Made by a program: the position numbers and the translations under genes
Shown: piece after piece, positions 29,160-39,535 of the stretch
Position numbering within the stretch: position 1 is the first letter of the stretch
Layout of the letters: the number at the start of each line of letters is the position of its first letter
NCBI GenBank assembly: GCA_913049555.1
Contig: CAJWYM010000003.1
Location: 5,797 to 69,796, forward strand
Length of the DNA stretch: 64,000 nucleotides
Origin: an uncultured Opitutia bacterium
GTDB taxonomy: Bacteria > Verrucomicrobiota > Verrucomicrobiia > Opitutales > CAJWYM01
Direction: 5' to 3'
Notes under the pieces: model-generated
Database searches by the model: none
Told to the model about the DNA's origin: nothing
What the model saw: the letters and a program-made list of their open reading frames with translations, nothing else

Positions 29160-30683
29160 TCAAAGAGGTGGTTTCAGACCGGACGATTGATAATCCTTAA
29201 CCAAACGTTTGTAGGAATTGATATTTTTGGTTGGATTGTCTGCGTCCGAGACATTGTATAGTTTGATGCCGGAACGAACCTGTGGTTTTTCAGATTTAGG
29301 AAGCCAAGAATTTTGAAATGACTCCATTAGAGGTTTGAACTCAGGGTTTGAAGCCAAGTTATTCCATTCATTCGAATCATTGGATTGGTTGTAGAGTTCT
29401 TCGGTTCCGTCAAAATAGCGAGTGTATCTCCATTTCTTTGTTTTGAGCGTGTAATTGCCTCTTCCCCAAGTGGTCATAGCGGGAGATTTCTTTGGAGTTT
29501 TAGGTTGGTAGACCCAGGGTTTCAAGCTAATACCATCTACATGATCTGGCGCTTCTAATCCTGTCAAGTCACAAAGAGTTTTGTAGACATTGATCAATCC
29601 TACAGGTTCCTCACAAATTTGCTGGTTTCCAGTTTCATTTCTTGGATCATAGATGATGAATGGAACTCTTGTTGCCTCGTTCCACAAAGAGAACTTGCTA
29701 AAACTTCTCTTTTCTCCCAGATGAAAACCGTGATCCGACCAAAGCACAACAATCGTGTTGTCCACGTAGGCACTTTGGTTCAGTGCGTCCATTACAATCC
29801 CAACATTGTCGTCCGTGAAAGAGACACAAGAAAGGTAGGCTCTGCGCATCTGTTCCCAAGCATCGTGTTCTCTCATAGGCTTCTCAACATAGATTTGGGC
29901 ATTGCTTTGTCCTGCGATTGGAATGTCTTGAAGATCGTCATATTTAAACGGAGGTTCGATGATTGCATCTGAAAATCGTTCAAAGTTTTCTTTGGGTGCT
30001 ATGAGAGGGGTATGAGGAAGAATAAAACCAACTGCGAGAAAAAAGGGTTTTTTATGGTCTTTAGAAAGGAAATTAGCGGCATAATCAGCAATTTTATAAT
30101 CACGGAAATCTTCTTTTGGGTTGTCCGCAGGACAAGCAATCAGTCTTTTTGCTTTGCTCCTCGCAGGATTTTTGGAATTTTTAGCTTTTTCTGGAACATA
30201 TCCCTGATCTAAAAGTAAATTCATGTTTGAATCCCCCATACTTTTATAAATATCCCATTGTTCTTTTTGTTTATATTCGTTGTCAGGGTTGTGATATACT
30301 TTGTTTAAACCAACGGTAAAATAACCATTTTGGCGAAATAACAAGGGCATGGGTGTGTAATGATCTATATTTCCAGGTTCTATTTCAACTATATCATAAA
30401 ATGGATACAGCCCTGAGTTGTGAGGTTCCACACCGAAGAAAAATGCGTTTCTACTGGGAGAGCATCCGGGCGATGTGCAGTGTGCGTCTGAAAAGTTTAC
30501 CCCTTTATCCGCAAGTTTTTTCATGTGAGGGGTTTTACTTTGAGGGTGTCCATCTAAAAAGCTTACCCAGTCATTCAGGTCATCCACACAGATTAAAAGA
30601 ACGTTGGGCTGGCTTTTATCGTTTGCGAAAATAATAAAATTGAAAACAAGGAATGAGGTGAGTATTAAGTATGTTTTTTTCAT
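29160..30683 (-). CDS. Cys-type (formylglycine) sulfatase
   Basis: Signal peptide MKKTYLILTSFLVFNFIIFA. Motifs VLLICVDDL, CSPSRNAFFFG and LWSDHGFHLG. Confidence 0.85.
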   Translation of the reverse strand: MKKTYLILTSFLVFNFIIFANDKSQPNVLLICVDDLNDWVSFLDGHPQSKTPHMKKLADKGVNFSDAHCTSPGCSPSRNAFFFGVEPHNSGLYPFYDIVEIEPGNIDHYTPMPLLFRQNGYFTVGLNKVYHNPDNEYKQKEQWDIYKSMGDSNMNLLLDQGYVPEKAKNSKNPARSKAKRLIACPADNPKEDFRDYKIADYAANFLSKDHKKPFFLAVGFILPHTPLIAPKENFERFSDAIIEPPFKYDDLQDIPIAGQSNAQIYVEKPMREHDAWEQMRRAYLSCVSFTDDNVGIVMDALNQSAYVDNTIVVLWSDHGFHLGEKRSFSKFSLWNEATRVPFIIYDPRNETGNQQICEEPVGLINVYKTLCDLTGLEAPDHVDGISLKPWVYQPKTPKKSPAMTTWGRGNYTLKTKKWRYTRYFDGTEELYNQSNDSNEWNNLASNPEFKPLMESFQNSWLPKSEKPQVRSGIKLYNVSDADNPTKNINSYKRLVKDYQSSGLKPPL

Positions 30684-31013
30684 AAAAAAGTGGAATTAAA
30701 GTTAAATTTAACTTAAATGATAAACAAAAAAAGTCAAATGATATATATTTAAAAATCCACTAAATATTTTGTAAATTGTTAATTGTAAGTTGAATTTAAT
30801 AATTTTTTTTAAACTGACTTAAAGTGTAAAATTAAAATTTTTAACAAATGATTAACAATTACTCAATTCATGATTACTTACTCTTGACTTTCTGAATTAT
30901 AGGTGCTCATTGTAATCTTATATTAATCCTAAAAAAGGAGGAGCTCCTACTTTTTAGAGGGATTTTAGAACTTTACATTGCAACAATTGAATCAAAATTA
31001 AAAAGGAAAGTTT

Positions 31014-33056
31014 ATGTCTCTACAGCGAATTGGATCCCAATTATTTATAAATCGTAATGATACAGCTCAGAATGCTCGAGAATGGGTAGACCGCATGAAT
31101 GAAACAGGCTTGTCAGTGATCCGATTGTTTATGATGTGGGACCTTGTTGAAAAAAAAGAAGGCGATTGGGACTTTGAAGTTTTCGATGCCGTATTTGATC
31201 AGGCTTCCCTTCATAAAATTGGAGTGGTGCCTACCTTGTTCTATTTTACTGCACCTGGATGGATGAAGACCGTTCGCTCTTGCCAAGGCATCGACTATGA
31301 ATGGAAAGATGATTTTATTAAAAAAGCGGATTTTTATGTGGACAAAGTAGTGAGCCATTATGCCAACCACCCAGCTTTGGATTCATGGATTGTTTGGAAT
31401 GAAGCCACCTTGGAAATGAAAATCAATAGAATTTATGAAAAAGAGTATCAGGGATTTTTAAAGAAGTATCATGGTTCTATAGAGGCTTACAACAAATTAA
31501 GCTATTATCAATACGATGATTTTTCTCAAATAGAATTGAAAGATTCCGAAGTTGATTTTTGGAAACCACATATTGAACAGTTGGATTGGGCTCGTTTCAA
31601 TCGATCCAAACTCCTTTATTGGTTGAAGCACCTTCGGGATCGAGTCTATGCAATCGATTCTAAGCACGCGATTCATGTCAATCCCCATGCATTGGTATCC
31701 AACCATACTCATACAGGACAAGAGGTATGGGAAGAGGGTCGTATGATGGACTTTTTAGGATGCAGTGCCCATCCAGTTTGGCATTTTACCCGTTTTGATA
31801 GAGAATGCTGGCCTCAAGCAATCGCGATGTCCACCATTTTAATGAGATCTGCTAGTAAAGGGGATCGATTCTGGTTGAGTGAACTACAAGCTGGACCTGC
31901 AATTGATTCTGGATTGGTTCCCGATTGTCCTTCCGCTGAAGATTTAAGGGTTTGGATGTGGACAGGACTTTCAACAGGAGCCGAGTCGATCGTTTTTTGG
32001 TGCTTCAATGACCGAGATGATGGGGCGGAGGCTGGAGAATGGAGATTGATGGGTCCTACAGGTAAAGAAACTCGAAGAAGTCGAATCACTAAGGATCTTT
32101 GCTTATTTTTAGCGAAGAACGAAGATTGGTTTGGCACTTTGAAAGCTAGGAAACCAAAAGCTTGTATTTTACACAGCACTCCAAGTCGTACTTTCGCCTC
32201 AATGGCTGAGCCTGGATCTACCGAGAATCCAAGGTCACAAGAATCTTGCGATGATTCGATCTGCGGTGCTTGGACACTTTTGGATGACCTTGGTATTGAG
32301 GCTGGTTTTGTGGATGAGGTTTTGTTGGGTTCGCTAGATCCATTGGAGACTCCGGTTTTAATCTTGCCCAATGTCACCTGCATTGAGAAGAAGAATGTGT
32401 TGTCTGATTTGGTCTCTTATGTCCACAAAGGGGGCATTCTTTTTATTGATGGCGTCTTTGCATTGAAAGATCAAGAGGGTTGGATTTTGAGAGAGGATCA
32501 AGATCAAGTGGAGTCTCTAATAGGAGCTCAAAGAGAAGATATCTATGTTTTCAGGGGAGAGGAACGGATTCAAACTAAGGAAGGTGAATTTCAAGGATGG
32601 TTTTCAAGGAATGATTTTTTACCTTTTGAGGAAACGGAAGTTTTGGCTCGATGGGGAGATAATTATCCTGCAATTATACAGAGCTGCAAAGGACAGGGGA
32701 GAGTGATTACAATTGGAACTTGTTTTTTTCAAAGATACTTCGCTAAGAAAGAAGAGGCATTGCGGAAGCAATTAAAATCATTTATAAAAGATATTTTCCA
32801 ACCAGAAACTTTGGTTGTTTCTAATTCAGAACAGTTTCCACAAGTACGACAGACGATTTTGGAATCAGAGAAAGGAGAGGTTTCTCTTTTTATAAACAAT
32901 GGAGATGCAACGGAGTTGGAAATAAAAATCTCTCGAGACGTTTCAATCAAAAACATGCAAACTGGAGAGCTTACAAATGCTTTAGCAGGAGATTCAATTG
33001 CACTTTCACTACCAACGAAAGACTGTATCGCCCTCGGAGTAGAAATGCATTCATAA
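31014..33056 (+). CDS. Clan GH-A glycoside hydrolase, GH42-like beta-galactosidase family
   Basis: 680 aa with no signal peptide. It shows a TIM-barrel pattern (WDLVEKKEGDWDFEVFD, WIVWNEA acid/base NE motif) and a three-domain length typical of GH42. The family assignment is tentative. Confidence 0.55.
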   Translation: MSLQRIGSQLFINRNDTAQNAREWVDRMNETGLSVIRLFMMWDLVEKKEGDWDFEVFDAVFDQASLHKIGVVPTLFYFTAPGWMKTVRSCQGIDYEWKDDFIKKADFYVDKVVSHYANHPALDSWIVWNEATLEMKINRIYEKEYQGFLKKYHGSIEAYNKLSYYQYDDFSQIELKDSEVDFWKPHIEQLDWARFNRSKLLYWLKHLRDRVYAIDSKHAIHVNPHALVSNHTHTGQEVWEEGRMMDFLGCSAHPVWHFTRFDRECWPQAIAMSTILMRSASKGDRFWLSELQAGPAIDSGLVPDCPSAEDLRVWMWTGLSTGAESIVFWCFNDRDDGAEAGEWRLMGPTGKETRRSRITKDLCLFLAKNEDWFGTLKARKPKACILHSTPSRTFASMAEPGSTENPRSQESCDDSICGAWTLLDDLGIEAGFVDEVLLGSLDPLETPVLILPNVTCIEKKNVLSDLVSYVHKGGILFIDGVFALKDQEGWILREDQDQVESLIGAQREDIYVFRGEERIQTKEGEFQGWFSRNDFLPFEETEVLARWGDNYPAIIQSCKGQGRVITIGTCFFQRYFAKKEEALRKQLKSFIKDIFQPETLVVSNSEQFPQVRQTILESEKGEVSLFINNGDATELEIKISRDVSIKNMQTGELTNALAGDSIALSLPTKDCIALGVEMHS

Positions 33057-33145
33057 ATGAAAGGGCACTTTAGGGTCGGTTTCTGTAAAAAAGCAGACGG
33101 AATCCCTTAATAGAAATCCCTGTATAATTCTTGGAAAAGCAGCAT

Positions 33146-34708
33146 TTATTCTGAGTAAGCTCTGAACTGGCTGACTTCGACCGGTTTGTTTCCAAGTGCA
33201 GCTGCAATTTGCTCTTTATGTTTGGAATATTGTAGAAATTTTAGCAACTTAAGAAACCCTTGCTTGGTGCTTTGATTTTTGGAGGCTTTCTGTATTAAAG
33301 TGCCTAAAGTTTCCACAGTTTCGATCGTTTGTTTACCAGGCTCACTGTGGTTGGAACCTTCTGAGTAAAAATTACCATTCAAATATTCATCCTTATTTTT
33401 GAGGGGTTGTTTGTAGCCGTAGAGTCCGACTCCTCCTTTTTGCCAAGCTCCAATTCCAACAATCGGTTTTCCGGTTGTGTAAAAATAATTTCCGGATATG
33501 TTGGCTTTCTTGGGTTCTTGCTTATTGATTACAAGGATTACAGGAAGTTTGGTTTCTTTATCATTGTAAATAATGTTTCCAGTAACCGTTAAGCCTTCAC
33601 TCGGAGCCCCTTGAATATTAAAGATTCTGAGGTGGTCGTTGAAGCTGATGTTATTGCGGATTGTTGTATTTAGGTTTCCGATGGATCTTTTGCTTTCCAA
33701 ATGTTTAGGATCGTTGCAAATTAAGAAAAATCCACCAGAATTGTCTGCACTGAAATTATACTCAAAAATGGAACCATCGCAGTTGTAATCAGAGTCAAAT
33801 CCTTGACCATCATAAGTCCCTCTGTAGCCCCAGACTTCATTGAAACGGAAGATCGTATTATTTGCACTCCAAGGCCAAATTCCAACACTCGCTCCTGCAC
33901 TTCTTGCGGATTCCAGGGTTGAAAAATCGATCCGAGTTCTTCCACCATAGATCCGATTGTATTCAACAAGAGCGCCTTCTGTTCCAATTGGAACAATCCC
34001 ATCTCCTCCTACGTCCTCAATAAGATTGCCTCTGATAACAACCCCAGTGGATAAGTTGCTTAAATCCCATGGAGTGTTGGTGCCTCCTTTAATCCCATCG
34101 CGATCGCATTTTATAAGGTGACAATCTTCAATTAAAAGATCCTCAAATCGAGGGTTACTATTTTCTCTTCTGTCTGAAATAGTTTCCCATTTGATACCCG
34201 ATCCACCCCCATCGTCTTTTGAAAAAACTCCATTTATATCATGAATAAAGAGATCTCTAAGGATAATTGATTGAACAACCTTCCTATTTGAAACTAGATG
34301 GACACCGGTTCTCCTTGCTTTCCGACTCTTTCCAGTATTGGTGATTTCAAGGCTCTCAATCGTCCAAAAAGAGACATCTTTAAGAGATAGAGCGGATTTA
34401 TTTTTTCCCAGCCCTCGGATGTGGGGTTTAACTCCTTCTCCATATCGATTTAGAGTGATTCTTCCTTCCTTGGACCCAGAAGCAATGGGGTGAATGTGCC
34501 CGTCAAAGGTTTGTCCACTCCTGAGGCTGATTGTGTCACCCGGTTGAAAAGGATAATTGTTGATTTTAGAAGTGCTGGACCAAGGACTGGTAGGACTGGT
34601 TCCATCTGCTTGGTCGGATCCTATTTTTGAATCGATAAAGTAATGGGCAGCATTCATAAAGCTAAATGGAATGAAGGATAGTAAGAGAAGGGAATGTCGA
34701 ATAGTCAT
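33146..34708 (-). CDS. Secreted right-handed parallel beta-helix repeat protein (possible polysaccharide lyase/hydrolase)
   Basis: Signal peptide MTIRHSLLLLSFIPFSFMNA. It has repetitive G-x-x-I/V-x-N-N/D beta-helix-type repeats (IRGNLIEDVGGDGI, IFRFNEVWG, TIRNNISFND, VTGNIIYND). Confidence 0.55.
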   Translation of the reverse strand: MTIRHSLLLLSFIPFSFMNAAHYFIDSKIGSDQADGTSPTSPWSSTSKINNYPFQPGDTISLRSGQTFDGHIHPIASGSKEGRITLNRYGEGVKPHIRGLGKNKSALSLKDVSFWTIESLEITNTGKSRKARRTGVHLVSNRKVVQSIILRDLFIHDINGVFSKDDGGGSGIKWETISDRRENSNPRFEDLLIEDCHLIKCDRDGIKGGTNTPWDLSNLSTGVVIRGNLIEDVGGDGIVPIGTEGALVEYNRIYGGRTRIDFSTLESARSAGASVGIWPWSANNTIFRFNEVWGYRGTYDGQGFDSDYNCDGSIFEYNFSADNSGGFFLICNDPKHLESKRSIGNLNTTIRNNISFNDHLRIFNIQGAPSEGLTVTGNIIYNDKETKLPVILVINKQEPKKANISGNYFYTTGKPIVGIGAWQKGGVGLYGYKQPLKNKDEYLNGNFYSEGSNHSEPGKQTIETVETLGTLIQKASKNQSTKQGFLKLLKFLQYSKHKEQIAAALGNKPVEVSQFRAYSE

Positions 34709-34922
34709 GTTTGAATAGTAATTATAAATACATATAATAGTACAATATAATTATTTATCAAGGCTGTGTTTTAATAATTAAAAACATTTTTTAAAATACC
34801 CACTTGATTCAGGGTGGATCTATTTTGAATTTTGGGCGAAATTATTGTTTCCACCCATTAGGCGCTGTTTTTTGAATTTAAATTCTTTAAATTTAGCAGA
34901 TCAGTCTGGAAGTTTAAATAAC

Positions 34923-36056
34923 CTATTGACTGACGTCTACTAGTTTCAATTCAATTCGCATCTGTTTCTGCCCACGAATCAAGGTTACGATTACAGAATC
35001 GCCAATTTTTTTCTTTTCAAGAGCATTGTAAAGATCATCGAAGTCATTTGTCTCATAATCATCCACCATAACAATTATATCCCCAAGTTGAACCCGTCCA
35101 TAGCGATCCATATTGGTTCCTCGTATACCCACATTTTCTGCGGGAGTTCCAATAATGGCATCTTTAACTACCACCCCTTTTCGGACGCCTAGTCTCATGG
35201 AAATGGATGGGTCTAAAATGGAAATGCCAAGACCCGGTTGCACAACTCGACCGAATTGGATCAATTGAGAGACAATTCTGCGAATAGTATTCGCTGGAAC
35301 CGCAAAGCCAATCCCTGCTGAAGATCCACTTTTGGAAAAAATCGCTGTATTCATTCCCATCAATTCACCCACACTGTTCATCAAGGGTCCCCCTGAATTG
35401 CCAGGGTTTATGGATGCATCGGTTTGAATCATATCACGAATGGTGACTCCGCCCCTAGATGGAACAGACCTTCCTAGGGCTGAGATAACTCCAACAGTCA
35501 AGGTATTGTCTAAACCATAGGGATTCCCAATTGCGACTGCTTTTTGTCCTACCAATAAACGAGAGGAGTCCGCAATTCGATTCTTAAAAGGGGTAAGATC
35601 CATTTTTAAATCTTGGATTTTTAAGACCGCAATGTCTTTGCGAGGGTCTTGGCCGATAAGGGTTGCATCATAACTTTTGCCATTGCTTAGGGTTACTGCG
35701 ATTTTGTCGGCACCTTCGACTACATGATAATTTGTAATGATATGTCCCATCTTGTCCCATATGAAACCAGAACCAGAACCGCTTTGCACCTCATTGATAT
35801 CAAATGAGAAAAAGCTTCTTTGGAATTCTAAATTATGCACAAAAACCACCAGAGGAGCATTCTGTTGAAAAATCTCAATATTATTTTCTTCATCCGTCCT
35901 AAGCTCGGTTCGTTCTTTGCTTAATAATTCTTGCGATTGGTTGTCATTGCTTAGCTCTATTTTGTCCTTAAAAGAGATGACAGAAGCAAGCAGTGCTGCA
36001 CTAATAAAAACAACTAATAGTAAGGTTATGAAGCGATCAAAACTTAGATTTTTCAT
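34923..36056 (-). CDS. HtrA/DegP-family (S1C) serine protease with one PDZ domain
   Basis: N-terminal anchor, catalytic triad context HIITNYHVV, DIAVLK and GNSGGPL, and a C-terminal PDZ (LGDIIVMVDDYE..). Confidence 0.85.
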   Translation of the reverse strand: MKNLSFDRFITLLLVVFISAALLASVISFKDKIELSNDNQSQELLSKERTELRTDEENNIEIFQQNAPLVVFVHNLEFQRSFFSFDINEVQSGSGSGFIWDKMGHIITNYHVVEGADKIAVTLSNGKSYDATLIGQDPRKDIAVLKIQDLKMDLTPFKNRIADSSRLLVGQKAVAIGNPYGLDNTLTVGVISALGRSVPSRGGVTIRDMIQTDASINPGNSGGPLMNSVGELMGMNTAIFSKSGSSAGIGFAVPANTIRRIVSQLIQFGRVVQPGLGISILDPSISMRLGVRKGVVVKDAIIGTPAENVGIRGTNMDRYGRVQLGDIIVMVDDYETNDFDDLYNALEKKKIGDSVIVTLIRGQKQMRIELKLVDVSQ

Positions 36057-36122
36057 AGATTTAGGTGATTGGGATACAAAAGAAAAAAGGAATTTACGAA
36101 CGAAATCTAATTTTTTCAGAGA

Positions 36123-37556
36123 TCAGTTGAAGGATCCGTTTTCTTTCAAAACGTATCGATTGGCAATGGAAATACCACTGAGCATTGCCCCGACAATTCC
36201 TAAGAAGCCTTGATCAGTTCCTGCTATAAATAAATTGGAAAGGTGAGTTTGACCACTTCTGCTTTTCTGAGGAGCCCCATACACAGCACCTCCCAAATGC
36301 CCTGTGAATCTTTCAATGGTTAAGGGTGTGAACATGTCTTTAGCGATCACATCCATCTTGGGGTGGAGCTGTTTCAATTGAGGAAGGATCTTATGAGTTT
36401 TTTCAGTAAGAACATTGAATGCCTTCGATTTTTCTTCTTGGTAACGAGTCGTATCTAAGGCTTTCCACTTTTCATAATTGGCCAAAGCGGTGACCCGAAC
36501 AAGCCCCTCTTTTAAATCCCGATTTTCTCCAAACTGATAATTGTTTGGAATGCAGATGACACCACTTCGATCGTCTATTAGATCTTGTGTTTTGGCATAC
36601 GTGAATTTCTCACAATCGTTAAAAAACACAATGGTTTCATTTACACCAAGATCTTTAGGTTGCTTGTTCAATACAGTGATTGTTTCGACAAAAGAAAGTT
36701 GGCCAATATTTTCTGAACCTGAACTAGGTGAAAGACTGGAGCACATTCTTTGGGTTTCAACGAGTCCAGCCGTGGAAATAATATTGTCCGCATAGATACT
36801 GGAACCATCCTCAAGGATTAAATTAGAAGCTTTGCCATTTTCTTCAATGATTTTACTCACGCCCATTTTCATTTTGCGAGTTCCTCCTGCAGAGCGAAAC
36901 TTATTCACTAGTTCCCTAGTAATGGTACGAACTCCCTCTTGCGGTCTACAAAAGCCCTCTAGGTAGATGGATTTGAATAAAATGACAAATTGAGCAAAGT
37001 CCATATCATTCTCCCTAGCACTTCCATAGTAACATAAAGGGCAAAAAAGCATATCCACTAATTTGGGGTTTGTAATGATTTCTTCTACAACCGTTCGAGC
37101 AGGGATGTTCTTACCCTCAAGGCTGAGCGCATCATATTCCCCGATCTTTTTAAGCAAATTTTGTAGTGGGTCTTTTTGGTTTGGGAATGCTTGAATGATT
37201 TCACTTTCCATGAAACTCCATTCATTGTTAAATCGTACATCCACGCCGGGAAAGGAGATTCGAGAGAAAGACTGAGGACAAAGATCGAGTTGCTCCCGTT
37301 TGATTCTTAACTGTCTCAGTAATTTTACCAATGGGGTTCCTTTGATTCCTTTCGGAACGTAATTGGTCATTGCATGAAGTCCTACATCATATTTTCGTCC
37401 CTCAATACTGTAAAAACTGTTCAGTCCACCAACGGCATTGTGTTTTTCTAAAATAATGACATTGCGGTCATACATGGCCAGACGAATGCCAGCGGCTAAA
37501 CCAGCCATGCCAGCTCCAATTATAACATCATCAAACCTTTTGCCGTCTAGCTTCAT
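36123..37556 (-). CDS. FAD-dependent oxidoreductase, phytoene desaturase (CrtI/CrtD)-like family
   Basis: Rossmann motif DVIIGAGMAGLAAGIRLA...ILEKHNAVGG at the N-terminus, with C-terminal NLFIAGTDQGFLGIVGAMLSG. Confidence 0.65.
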   Translation of the reverse strand: MKLDGKRFDDVIIGAGMAGLAAGIRLAMYDRNVIILEKHNAVGGLNSFYSIEGRKYDVGLHAMTNYVPKGIKGTPLVKLLRQLRIKREQLDLCPQSFSRISFPGVDVRFNNEWSFMESEIIQAFPNQKDPLQNLLKKIGEYDALSLEGKNIPARTVVEEIITNPKLVDMLFCPLCYYGSARENDMDFAQFVILFKSIYLEGFCRPQEGVRTITRELVNKFRSAGGTRKMKMGVSKIIEENGKASNLILEDGSSIYADNIISTAGLVETQRMCSSLSPSSGSENIGQLSFVETITVLNKQPKDLGVNETIVFFNDCEKFTYAKTQDLIDDRSGVICIPNNYQFGENRDLKEGLVRVTALANYEKWKALDTTRYQEEKSKAFNVLTEKTHKILPQLKQLHPKMDVIAKDMFTPLTIERFTGHLGGAVYGAPQKSRSGQTHLSNLFIAGTDQGFLGIVGAMLSGISIANRYVLKENGSFN

Positions 37557-37740
37557 TTATATTCTATCTTGGTTTTTCTGGAGGGATAAATATGGAGAAA
37601 AATCCTGAATTCTTCGGAGGATTAGAAGGAACCCTATTATTAGATCGGTGACTCAATCTGGAGTCTATAAACCCAAAAAAGCTTCCACATTAGAGGAAGC
37701 TCTTTAAGAGAATCTTAATTAAAATTAAAAATACTCAAAA

Positions 37741-37989
37741 TCACTGATTGAACTTTGGCTCTAGGTAATTTGCGCAACTATCGAGACTTGCAAGTTCACC
37801 ATAATCTTCCTCTGGAACTTCAATCCCGTGCTGTTTACGAAGCTCCATAACGATATCCAAGAAATCCATGGAGTCTAGATCCAACTGGTCTCTCAAACGA
37901 ACTTCAGGCTTCACATCACTAAGATCTTCATCTGGTGCGATTTCCTCTATTATGTCTAGAACTATTTGTTTAATTTCGTCTTTTGTCAT
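37741..37989 (-). CDS. Acyl carrier protein (specialised, non-housekeeping type)
   Basis: 82 aa with the phosphopantetheine-attachment context LDLDSMDFLDIVMEL. The DS-x-DFLDIV form is reminiscent of AcpXL-type dedicated ACPs rather than AcpP (GADSLDTVELV). Confidence 0.75.
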   Translation of the reverse strand: MTKDEIKQIVLDIIEEIAPDEDLSDVKPEVRLRDQLDLDSMDFLDIVMELRKQHGIEVPEEDYGELASLDSCANYLEPKFNQ

Positions 37990-38011
37990 GATGTCTAAAA
38001 TTTACTTAATA

Positions 38012-39247
38012 TTAATTATGAAACTTTTTCAAGACTAGTGCTGAATTAATTCCGAGCATGCCAAAAGAATTATTAAGAATGTAGTCAACAGACCCGATGT
38101 CTTTTGCTTCATTGATCACTAAATTCGGAATAGCACACATTTCATCTAAATTTTCAATGTTGATCGTTGGATGAACAGTTCCATCTTCGAAAGCAGGAAG
38201 ATTTCCGGCTAATTCAAGAGCACCTGCAGCTCCCATTGCATGACCAATATAGCTCTTGGTATTGTTTATGTAAGTCGACTTCGACTCAGAAAAAATATTT
38301 CTGATTGCTTCGCACTCCTGAATGTCCCCTTGTGGCGTTGAGGTAGCATGGGTATTCACAATATCAATTTCTCCAGGATTTAAACCTGCTCTTTCGAGGG
38401 CCATTCGGATGCAAGCAGACTGTTGAATCGGATTGGGTAGAACATAGTCCATAGCATCTGAGTTCATCGCATATCCGACAATTTCACCCAAAATTTGTGC
38501 ACCTCTGCTTTGAGCATCTGAGAGTCTTTCTAAAGTATATAGAGCCCCGCCTTCAGATACGACGATCCCATTTCTATCTTTATCAAAAGGTCGACTTGCT
38601 TTGTTGGGATCTTCATGGGAGGCCAAGGCACCTTGACTTTTAAAACCAGCAAATATTCCAAAAGTGTGAATACTTTCGCTGACTCCGCCGGCGACTGCAA
38701 AATCCACTTCTTTGAGTTTGAGCATTTGACAGGCTTGTATGAGGCCAGCATTACCAGCAGCACAAGCTGCACCAATGGTGTAATGAGGGCCTGTAATGCC
38801 CATGTTGATCGTTATTTCTCCCGCAGGATTGTTAGCCACCGTTCTAGGATTGTGGTGGTGCGTCCAGAATTTGGTGTCGTAATCAAACTTGGAAATATTA
38901 TAGATTTCGTTTTCTGTTTCCACATTACCATGCTCAGTAGTTCCAACGTAAATTCCAATTCTGTCTTTGTTGTAGGATTCAAAATCTAAACCGGAGTTTT
39001 GAATTGCCTCATGTGCACAAAAGATCGCTATGCTCCCAGCTCTTGTTCCGATTCGAACTTCTTTTTTCTTTTGATACTTAAGTGGATCGTAGTGACAAAC
39101 ACCCGCGGGAACCATTCCCATGTAGCGCATATCGATCATCTCTAGGTTGGATTTTCCTGCCAGAAGATTCTTTCGCATATCGGCCATACTGTCGCCAATA
39201 GGAGAAGTGAGTCCAATTCCGGTGATAACGATACGTTCTGTTTCCAT
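38012..39247 (-). CDS. Beta-ketoacyl-ACP synthase (KAS I/II, FabB/FabF-like)
   Basis: 411 aa with active-site Cys context GPHYTIGAACAAG, His motifs NTHATSTPQGD and SYIGHAMGAAG, and a C-terminal NSFGMLGINS. Confidence 0.85.
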   Translation of the reverse strand: METERIVITGIGLTSPIGDSMADMRKNLLAGKSNLEMIDMRYMGMVPAGVCHYDPLKYQKKKEVRIGTRAGSIAIFCAHEAIQNSGLDFESYNKDRIGIYVGTTEHGNVETENEIYNISKFDYDTKFWTHHHNPRTVANNPAGEITINMGITGPHYTIGAACAAGNAGLIQACQMLKLKEVDFAVAGGVSESIHTFGIFAGFKSQGALASHEDPNKASRPFDKDRNGIVVSEGGALYTLERLSDAQSRGAQILGEIVGYAMNSDAMDYVLPNPIQQSACIRMALERAGLNPGEIDIVNTHATSTPQGDIQECEAIRNIFSESKSTYINNTKSYIGHAMGAAGALELAGNLPAFEDGTVHPTINIENLDEMCAIPNLVINEAKDIGSVDYILNNSFGMLGINSALVLKKFHN

Positions 39248-39535
39248 TCTTAATTCTAATGTAAAGTGCTACAAAGAACGAAATTAGAAGATTTCTTTTT
39301 TTATGCCGAGAAAAAAGTAACAAACTAGGTGACTTTCCTCATTTTAGTATGATTGAGTAGGAAATGAATCATCTATTACTTGGATTTTTAATCCAATCAT
39401 GATAAAAAAGCACTTTTACTAGAATCAAAATTCAAAATTCTTAAACCCTATAAGAAAAACTTAAATATTCTGAATCGCATCTTCAATGATCGGATTCAGG
39501 TTGCACAATAATTTTCCTATTCACAATATGGTGCG

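Noticed and set aside
31814-32383. 189-aa minus-strand ORF, plus other antisense ORFs inside large genes (for example 17286-17534, 17320-17604, 21355-21699, 28351-28803, 38615-38989, 40281-40493, 63113-63295)
   Set aside because: They are fully embedded in, or antisense to, well-supported genes. They have low-complexity or biased composition and no recognisable motifs, so they are most likely spurious.
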